Shown here piece by piece: positions 17,192 to 25,000 of a stretch of 64,000 nucleotides of DNA. Source of the stretch: Candidatus Latescibacterota bacterium. GTDB taxonomy: Bacteria > Latescibacterota > UBA2968 > UBA8231. Position 1 is the first letter of the stretch; every line of letters starts with the position of its first letter. Location of the stretch: the NCBI GenBank assembly GCA_965197905.1, contig CBDAOB010000004.1:1812878-1876877 (forward strand). Reading direction: 5' to 3'. The position numbers were made by a program, and so were the translations under genes. Below the pieces are notes generated by a model. It had not been told where the DNA came from. It ran no database searches and worked only from the letters and a program-made list of their open reading frames with translations.

Positions 17192-18571
17192 TACATGCTG
17201 CTGCGCGGCGAGCATGGTCTCACCCGCAACCGGGGACTGGCGCACGAGCATGCCGACGAGACCAGCTTCATCATCTACGCTTTTGGAGAGATGCTGGCTG
17301 TGGATGCGGGGTATATCAACTTCACCAACCACCACAAGGTCAATGCTGGTCGCAATCACAACGTCATCCTGGTGGACGGTGAAGGGCCGCCGCTGTTCGT
17401 GGATCCGTTGATCGGCGAGTCCATCGGCGGCGGCAACAACGCGTTTATCGAGGAGTTTTTCAGCACCGAGCACCAGGACTACGCGGAAGTGCGCGCCCAG
17501 TACGGCGGCGTCGACCTGCGGCGGCGGGTGATGTTTCCCGGAAAACAGTATTTCATTCTGGCCGATGAGGTGCGCGATCTCGAGGTCCACCAGTACGAAT
17601 GGCGTCTCCACGGAAACGGGGGTGGAGACACCGGTGCTGACTATTCCCGTGCCGGCCCCTTGGCGCGCTGGGTCCGACCCAAAGCACAACTGGTCGCCTT
17701 CGTCGTCCCCCAGGACGAACTCACGTTGGCCGAAGCCGACACCGTCCATTCCTTCACGTTTAGCCAGGAGAAAACCCATACCTTTCTGCAGGCTCAGACC
17801 ACCGGTAGCAACGTGGAGTTTCTATCCGTATTGGTTCCCGGGGCAAGCGGAATGCCGATGCCCTCCTTCGATGTCGGCAGCGCAACCGGCGCCCAAGCTG
17901 TGCACATTGAAGGGGACGGATTCCGCGATCTGGCGTGGGTCGCCGAGCACGGCGCCGACTCCATTCTGGTCGAAGATCAAAGCGGCAGTGTCCGCACCGA
18001 CGCCCGCTTTGGACAGCTCCGCTACGAAGGCGATCTGTTGCGGTCTTACACGATTCAGGACGCCAGCTTTCTGCGCGTCGGGACGGAGGAGGTCTTCAGT
18101 GCCGCAGATACGGTCGATCTTTCCTTCAACTTCGACGAGGGTGGCCTACGGGGGTTTGTCGCGGCGGCGGACGGTGGGGTCGAGATCCTGATACCCGTGT
18201 CCGCTTCGGCGCTGGATTCGTTGCAATTCGACGGGACGCTGCTTGACAGTAGTCTCGCCGCGGGGCGACTGAGCCTGAGGATTGCCGGTGCAGGCCGTCT
18301 TGTGGTGCGTACCCAACCAACACCAGCGGACACCGTCGGAGGAGAGTCAAGCGGTCAGACGGCGGCAGCGGAGGAGGCGGGCTCTGCTGCCGAACCGGGG
18401 GATTTCGACCACAGCGGTCTGGTCGACCTGGAGGACTTCAGCTTGTGCGCCCAGGCATACGACTCCAACGCAACGACAGCGACGGCGACTTTCGATCTGA
18501 ACGACGACGGCAGGATAGATTTCGAGGATTTCTTCCTCTTTGCGGATCTCTTCCCGCAGTCCGCTCCGTAA
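17192..18571 (+). CDS. Heparinase II/III-like lyase, exon 2 (Hepar_II_III beta-sandwich domain + C-terminal dockerin-like repeats)
   Basis: 'HEHADETSFIIYAFGEMLAVDAGY' His/Asp signature of the Hepar_II_III domain. C-terminal 'DFDHSGLVDLEDF...FDLNDDGRIDFEDFFLFADLF' looks like two Ca-binding dockerin-type repeats. Frame is continuous with exon 1 once the intron is removed. Confidence 0.55.
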   Translation, partial: YMLLRGEHGLTRNRGLAHEHADETSFIIYAFGEMLAVDAGYINFTNHHKVNAGRNHNVILVDGEGPPLFVDPLIGESIGGGNNAFIEEFFSTEHQDYAEVRAQYGGVDLRRRVMFPGKQYFILADEVRDLEVHQYEWRLHGNGGGDTGADYSRAGPLARWVRPKAQLVAFVVPQDELTLAEADTVHSFTFSQEKTHTFLQAQTTGSNVEFLSVLVPGASGMPMPSFDVGSATGAQAVHIEGDGFRDLAWVAEHGADSILVEDQSGSVRTDARFGQLRYEGDLLRSYTIQDASFLRVGTEEVFSAADTVDLSFNFDEGGLRGFVAAADGGVEILIPVSASALDSLQFDGTLLDSSLAAGRLSLRIAGAGRLVVRTQPTPADTVGGESSGQTAAAEEAGSAAEPGDFDHSGLVDLEDFSLCAQAYDSNATTATATFDLNDDGRIDFEDFFLFADLFPQSAP

Positions 18572-18596
18572 CAACAGCTTCCCGGCGGAGTGACTG

Positions 18597-19049
18597 CTAC
18601 ACCGCGGTCATCGCGTAGTTCAGAATCTCCACCACCTGCGCTGGCTCGGAAGCTACCGCCTGTGCGGCGGCGTCGACCTCCTTTAGCGGGTGCCGAAGGT
18701 CAGGCGGATGCAGCACAATCAGCGGCTTGTTCAGGGCGAAGGCGTATCCGGCATCGAAAGCGGCATTCCACTGCCGGTACTCTTCGCCAAATTTCACCAC
18801 CACAACATCGCAATCGCGTATAAGCGTGCGCGTGCGAATGGCGTTGATCTTGCCCCCTTTGTGATCGGTCCAGAACGAATCCTCTTCGGGGCCGAGAATG
18901 TCGACACCGCAACCATCGCTGGCGCCATGGTCCATCACCGGCGCGAAGAACAGCACGTCGAGCTCTGCCTCCTCGGCGCCCTGAGTAATTTGCTGGCGCC
19001 AATCGCTGTGCACTTCGCCGGCCAGATAAACCTTCCATTGCTTTGACAT
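18597..19049 (-). CDS. YtoQ-family protein (nucleoside 2-deoxyribosyltransferase-like fold)
   Basis: 150 aa; 'KVYLAGEVHSDWRQQI', 'FFAPV.DHGASD', 'NAIRTRTLIRDCDVVVVKFGEEYRQWNAAFDAGYAFALNKPLIVLHPP' is collinear with the Bacillus YtoQ family. Confidence 0.7.
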   Translation of the reverse strand: MSKQWKVYLAGEVHSDWRQQITQGAEEAELDVLFFAPVMDHGASDGCGVDILGPEEDSFWTDHKGGKINAIRTRTLIRDCDVVVVKFGEEYRQWNAAFDAGYAFALNKPLIVLHPPDLRHPLKEVDAAAQAVASEPAQVVEILNYAMTAV

Positions 19050-19248
19050 CTCGCTCCCCCACGGTTTGGTTGTCGGCTGCCGGCATCGCGTCTATCGACG
19101 CGGCCGTGACGCTCGCATCGTCATTGTGCCGATACACGAAAAAAATAGTAGGATTCGGCTGTGAGTGGCGCAATTCTTCTTGCCGCTTACCGTTCGGCCT
19201 CCTATGTTCTGTGCATCGAATCAGGCGGTTTCATCAAGGAGGTCGGCG

Positions 19249-19551
19249 ATGAAGTCTGCAATCGAGCTGGCAATGGAAAAAGCGGATGGTGCAGTTGATG
19301 GTGACGACTACGTCAAATTAACTCCGGAACAGGTACAGGCTATTGATCAGGTGACGAAGGAGTACGAAGCCAAGTGGGCTGAGCAAGAGATCATGGTAAA
19401 GGGCAAGTTGGAAAAGATGCAACGGGAGGTCGATCCGCAGACCATGGCCGAGCATCAACGGCAGTTCCAGAACGAGATCAACCAGTTGCGCGAGCAGATA
19501 TTTACCGAACGCGACAGCAAGATCGAAAAGATTCGTCAACAAGCTACATAA
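19249..19551 (+). CDS. Hypothetical charged coiled-coil protein (~100 aa)
   Basis: GGAGG RBS 8 nt upstream of the ATG at 19249; highly charged K/E/Q-rich sequence. The track ORF starts earlier (19165) but lacks an RBS there. A hairpin plus T-tract lies downstream (~19572..19608). Confidence 0.45.
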   Translation: MKSAIELAMEKADGAVDGDDYVKLTPEQVQAIDQVTKEYEAKWAEQEIMVKGKLEKMQREVDPQTMAEHQRQFQNEINQLREQIFTERDSKIEKIRQQAT

Positions 19552-19616
19552 CAGAGTTTTCGAGAGGCGGGCAGAAGCGGGAAGGTCTACGGACCGACCC
19601 GCTTTTTGTTGGCCTA

Positions 19617-21980
19617 CTATAGGCTGCGGGCACAGCGGAAGCCGATGGTGTAGTCGAAGCGGGAGTTTGGTCCATAAGCGAGGCGGTTGGTGGCCAGATG
19701 GATGTGGGGGTTCTGGTCGGCCAGCGAACCCCCTCGCAGGACCTTGAGCCCGGCCTCGCCAGCCTCGGTGTTCAGCGGGTCTCGAGTCGGACCGGTCACG
19801 TAATAGTCCCGCGACCACCAGTCGGCCACCCATTCCCACACATTGCCCGACATATCGAGCGCTCCGTACGGACTTGCTCCTCGCAGTTTCGAACCCACCG
19901 GCCAGGTGCTCTCCTGTCCGCACCCGTCGCCGCCGTCATCCATGACGATCCAGTCGCAATCGGGATCTTCATCGCCCCACGGGTAGCGCTGACCCTCCGT
20001 GCCGCGGGCCGCTTTCTCCCATTCCGCCTCGGTGGGCAAGCGCTTATTCGCCCACCTGCAGTAGGTGTTGGCCTGAAACCAGGTGACGGCGTTGACCGGG
20101 TGCAACGCCCGTTCCGGCTTTCCCCAGTTGGTGAAGTCGCCTTCGAAGTGCAGCCGATACGCCTCCGGCCCGCTGTACGGTTCGCTACAGGACCTGTCGT
20201 GGACGCAGGCCTCGTATTCGGCCACGGTGACTTCGTGCCGGTCAATATGGAAGGCGCTGACGAAAACCGTGCGCTCAGGCCGCTCGTCGCCGGCGCCCCG
20301 TTCGGCTCCCATGCGGAAGGGACCGGCCGCTACCAAAACCATTTCCTCCAGGTCGACAGGAAGCACCGCGCCCGCCACGGGAACATCCCCCTCCTGGCGT
20401 TGTACAAAGCGGTTTCTCTGGCGCCAGTCTGAATGCCTTCGAGCTGCGGATTCGATGCCCGGATCCGGCACCTGAGTGGCGGCAATAGTGGGACCGGAGG
20501 TGGCACAGCGCACCCCCACATACGGGTACCATCGCAGGGGCGGCATGCGGTAACGGTTTGCGGCGCGCATGTCCGGGTCCGGATCGACGTAAAACCAGCC
20601 ATTGCCGCGCAACACTTTGCGACTTCCGTCTCCCAGGTGCACCGGGTTTTCCACCGGAGCCTTGGCATAATAGCTGCGGTCGTAGTCGTCCATGACCCAC
20701 TCCCAGACATTTCCGGCCATATCCAGCAGGCCGTACGGACTTGCACCCAAAGGCCGTCCTCCCGCGGGACCGGTGCCATCATGCCCACAGCCCAGTCCCA
20801 AACCCGCACGCATCATGATGGCGCGGTCGCAATCGCCCGCTCCGCCAGGCGGGGTGTTCCCCCACGGGTAGCTAAACCCAAAGGTCCCCCGCGCCCCTTT
20901 CTCCCACTCGGCCTCCGTCGGCAGCCGCATTCCGGCCCAACTGCAATAACGCGAGGCATCGAACCAGCTGATACAGTTGGCCGGATGGTCGTCACGGTCG
21001 TCCCGTCCCCAGTTGCACGCCTCGCCGCTGGCCGCTTCGGGACAGGCGCCCGCTTCGACACACCGTCGATACTGGGCTTGGGTTACCTCGAGTTGCTGCA
21101 GGAAATACCCGTCCAGGAATACCGCGTGGGGGGGTGATTCATCCTGGTACTTTTTACTGCCCATGGTGAACGAACCGCCGGGTACGCCCAACAGCAGGGC
21201 CGATTCGCCCGACGGCAGCGGTTCATTGCGCCGTCCCAAAGAAACGGTGAGTTGGGTATCGAACTCCCGGGCAAACGGCTGGACATTCTCCCTCCGCAGG
21301 GTCTCGATCCCGATCCCCGACACCTCGACGTCGAAGCGCGCTTGCACGACCGCCTTGGGAGACCAGCTGCCCGCAGAGTGCCGATTCGTGCTCCCGTCCA
21401 ACAGGGTCAGCTTTCGACTCGCCGCGAATTCTCCCGCCACCAGGCGATAAAAATAGACCCCGGCGGCCACGGCCTGGCGCCGATCGTCTGTTCCGTCCCA
21501 AACGATTCGATAGGTGCCAGCGGACAGATCTTGATCAACGAGGCGCCGCACCCGCCGACCGAGCAGATCGTAGACCTGGAGCCCTACCTGGGTTGAATGG
21601 GACAAGTGGAACGGGATGACCGCCAGGGGATTGAACGGGTTGGGAAACGCGAAACCCAGCTGGGTCTTGGCATAGTTGGGGGAGCGTGAGGAGGAACTGC
21701 TGATGGACGTGGCAACGTCGGGAAGGGAGACGACGTAGGAACCGCTGGCAGTTGTCCGCGTCTCAAACAGGTCGCCGGAACCCTGGTCGATAAATCGCAC
21801 TGTAACCCCGGCCACCGGGTGCCGATCAAGATCGAGCCGAACCGTGCCCAAAACCTCGAACCCCCAACTGGGCAAGGCCATCCCCACTAAGACGAGGAAG
21901 TTTGCTGGACAGTGCCACCGGAGGGTTCTACTTTTCAGCAGATCGAACACCGTATCTTCTTTTTCTTCAACCAGTTCCAT
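19617..21980 (-). CDS. Secreted protein with internal FlgD-Ig/T9SS-CTD-like domain and two tandem FGE-sulfatase domains
   Basis: 'FPNPFNPLAVIPFHLSHSTQVGLQVYDLLGRRV...WDGTDDRRQAVAAGVYFYRL' beta-sandwich near the N-terminus. Two FGE-sulfatase repeats, each with 'RLPTEAEWEKxARG', 'YPWG', 'GNVWEWV', 'VLRGxxW', 'GxRCA'. Paralog of the 3325..5622 product. Start/signal peptide uncertain. Confidence 0.7.
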   Translation of the reverse strand: MELVEEKEDTVFDLLKSRTLRWHCPANFLVLVGMALPSWGFEVLGTVRLDLDRHPVAGVTVRFIDQGSGDLFETRTTASGSYVVSLPDVATSISSSSSRSPNYAKTQLGFAFPNPFNPLAVIPFHLSHSTQVGLQVYDLLGRRVRRLVDQDLSAGTYRIVWDGTDDRRQAVAAGVYFYRLVAGEFAASRKLTLLDGSTNRHSAGSWSPKAVVQARFDVEVSGIGIETLRRENVQPFAREFDTQLTVSLGRRNEPLPSGESALLLGVPGGSFTMGSKKYQDESPPHAVFLDGYFLQQLEVTQAQYRRCVEAGACPEAASGEACNWGRDDRDDHPANCISWFDASRYCSWAGMRLPTEAEWEKGARGTFGFSYPWGNTPPGGAGDCDRAIMMRAGLGLGCGHDGTGPAGGRPLGASPYGLLDMAGNVWEWVMDDYDRSYYAKAPVENPVHLGDGSRKVLRGNGWFYVDPDPDMRAANRYRMPPLRWYPYVGVRCATSGPTIAATQVPDPGIESAARRHSDWRQRNRFVQRQEGDVPVAGAVLPVDLEEMVLVAAGPFRMGAERGAGDERPERTVFVSAFHIDRHEVTVAEYEACVHDRSCSEPYSGPEAYRLHFEGDFTNWGKPERALHPVNAVTWFQANTYCRWANKRLPTEAEWEKAARGTEGQRYPWGDEDPDCDWIVMDDGGDGCGQESTWPVGSKLRGASPYGALDMSGNVWEWVADWWSRDYYVTGPTRDPLNTEAGEAGLKVLRGGSLADQNPHIHLATNRLAYGPNSRFDYTIGFRCARSL

Positions 21981-22013
21981 CTCACGCTACGAACAGCAGC
22001 AAGCTCCGTCAAC

Positions 22014-25000
22014 ATGCTTCCTGTCTCAGCTGCAGCCCTGCTCACGCTGTTTCTAGCGGCGCGGTGTGGCGCGAATCAGTTAGAGCTGGTGGCCAGTGAT
22101 GCCATTGGCCTCACCGTCGAGTTTCGCCAAACTGCTCAGCCTCCCATCGAGCGCCAGATTCAGGGTAAGCGGTTCCACGAGCTCTCGGTGTCCGGCCCCC
22201 GGCCTCTGGCGCCAGGGATCCCTTCGGTGCCGTTTCGGTCGACGTTGATAGCAGCGCCTGCCGGTTCCGGGCTCCGTCTCGAGGTGCTTGAGGCGCACTA
22301 CCTGCAGTACGAAGAGATCGACCTGCTGCCGGTGGTAGCGGCCATTGCCAGCGACGGGGGGGTCGAACTGTTCCGCCGAGATCCGCTGGCCTACGGCACC
22401 GACACCTTTGGGCCGCCCGAACTGGCTACGAGCGAGTTCCTCGGCATCCAACGAGGGGTCCACTCGCATCGGTTACAGCTACACCCGTTTCGGTACAATC
22501 CGGTGCGGCGGGTGTTGCGAGTGTTCGATCGGCTGGTCATTCGGGTGCACTTCGTAGGGGGCCGCCTTTCGAAGGTGCCGCCTATCGGCGCTCGACGTTC
22601 CCCCTTCCACGGCCATTTCTTGAATCCCGTTTATCCGGCGGCGCGTCGGCCGGTCGCCAAAACGAGTCAGAACGAATGGTACGATCGCACCCAACCATGG
22701 GTGAAGCTGGTGGTGGACCGGGACGAGCTGTTTCGCGTCGAGAGGGGATTTCTCGAGGGGTTGGATCTCGACTTGAATGGGGTCGATCCGCGCACGTTTC
22801 GGCTCTTCCACCGGGGACGCGAACAGAGGGTATTCGTCTCGGGGGAAGAGGACGGCATCTTCGATAAAGGGGATTTCCTCCTTTTCTACGGTCAGTTTCG
22901 CCGCGACGATCGCGATTTCGACAGCATTTTCGGTCGGCAGAACACCTACTGGCTCACCTGGAGTGGCGAGCGGGGACGGCGCTTCGTCGAACGGGACGGG
23001 GCTCCCACAAACCAGTTTCCCGAGTCGATCTATCACTGGTCGACGGCTCACTTCGAGCAGGATCTGTGGTATGACCCGCTACCCGATGCGCCGGACAATC
23101 TGCGCGATCACTGGTTCTGGGATCAGCCGGTCTTTGCAACCAAACCGGACGTGCCTTCCTCGCGCATATTCGCCCGCGACCTGAGCTATCCCAAGCTCGA
23201 CGAAGAGTACACGGCGCGCCTTCGCGTGGCTCTCCACGGAACGACCAATCTGGGCCATCATACGGTGGTAAAACTGAATAACAAGGAGATCGACGACGCC
23301 ATCTGGGAGGGCCAGGTGGAACGTAGATTCGAGCGCGAAATCCCCAGCAACTACCTGCGCGACGGCACCAACCGGATCCTGCTCCAAGCTTTCGCCGATC
23401 AGGCAAAGTGGGACCAGGTGTTTTTCAACTGGTTCGCGATCGATTACCGCAGGCTCTACCGCGCCAAGGTCGGTTTCTTGTCGTTTGAAAGACCGGCCAT
23501 CCCCAGCGGGGAAAGGATCTCAATTGGTGGTTTTCACAACCGCAAGATACAACTATTCGATGTGGCGAATGGGATCCGCTTCACAAGCATAGAGGTCGAC
23601 TCGACCGAGACTGGAATCGCTGCGACCTTCGAACATCGATCGGCGGAGGTTGCGGCCTTCGTGATCGTCGACAGCACCCGGATTCTCAGCCCCGCCGGCT
23701 CCGTTGACGAACCCTCCGCTTGGCGCACACCAGATCGCGCCGCGGACTATCTCATCATTACACACCCGCTCTTCGTGGAATCGGCGGAGCGCCTTGCCCG
23801 CCACCGCCAACGCAACGGTCTGACCACGGCGATCGTTAGCACGGAGGATATCTACGACGAGTTTTCGTTTGGCCTTTTTGATCGCGATGCGGTGAAGGCG
23901 CTGGTTCAATACAGCTATGATTTCTGGGAAACGCGGCCGACCTACCTGCTGCTCATGGGGGATGCCACCTTCGACTACCGCAATCTCTTCGGCGGCGGAG
24001 CCCCAAGTTTCGTGCCCAGCACATATTACCACGCCCGCAACCGGGGCCATGCCCCGAGCGACGTTCCGTATGGATTCCTAGAAGGGGACGACCTTCTGCC
24101 CGACTTGGCCGTGGGCCGTTTGGCCGTCGGGTCGCCCGAGGAAGCGGCAGCGGCGGTGGAAAAGATCATCCGCTACGACACCGAACCCGAACCGGGTCCC
24201 TGGCGCGGCCGCGTCGTCTACGGGGCCAACTACCACGCTCGGGGTCTCTTCACCGAACCCAGCGACCGCCTCGCGGACCGCTATACCGAACCCTTGGGGC
24301 TGCAATCGATCAAGGTCTACAACGAAGATAACGCCCCCATTCCCAACGCCACGGGGAAGCGATTCCTCGATGCCCTAAATGACGGTGCGCTGCTGGTCAA
24401 TTTCAGCGGCCACGGCAGCGCCGGCACCATGCAGTTTCTGTTCTCCCTGCAATTCCCGGACTGGGATTATCTGAGCCAGGTGAACAATGACCGGCGTCTG
24501 CCTCTGGTGCTGGCGCTTTCCTGCCTGAACGGCATGTTCGCCAATCCCCACGTGGAGAGTCTGGGGGAGGTTTTCACCGACAAACCCACGGGGGGTTCGA
24601 TCGCGTATATCTCCGCTACAGCTGAGAGTTTTGTCGCCCAGAACGAGCTCCTGGGCGAGAACCTGTTCGCAGAATTGTTTGAACGGGGGAATCTGGCGTT
24701 CGGGCTGAGTCTCAACGCCGCCAAGACCCAGGTCCTGGCCGCCCATTCCAGTTTCAAGGAGGCGGTACTGACCATGCAGCTTTTCGGGGACCCGGCGCAG
24801 AAGCTGGCCCTGCAGCGCGCGCCCGATTTTGTGGCTGCGCACCTCAGCGTCCCGTCGCAGGCGCTGTTCCCAGGGGAAAGGACATCGATCGAGCTGGGAC
24901 TGGAAAACCACTCCATTTCTACCCCAGACAGCGTTCGCGTGCTGCTCCTGGCCCACCCTCCAACGGGGTCCGATCCCGATACCTTGCTCGACCGCCAACA

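Noticed and set aside
14945-17779. Minus-strand ORFs of 462 aa and 440 aa across the intron region
   Set aside because: Antisense to the well-supported RT/maturase gene and to intron RNA domains; translations are Arg/Gly/Pro-rich with no family resemblance.
18400-18571. Dockerin-like repeats implying a cellulosome
   Set aside because: No cohesin or scaffoldin genes are visible in the window; EF-hand-like Ca-binding repeats of this type occur in many non-cellulosomal secreted proteins. Kept only as a domain note.
21912-22013. N-terminal extension of the gingipain-like ORF (start at 21912)
   Set aside because: The extension (MPPEGSTFQQIEHRIFFFFNQF...) lacks a signal peptide and overlaps the divergent gene; ATG 22014 gives a canonical signal peptide.
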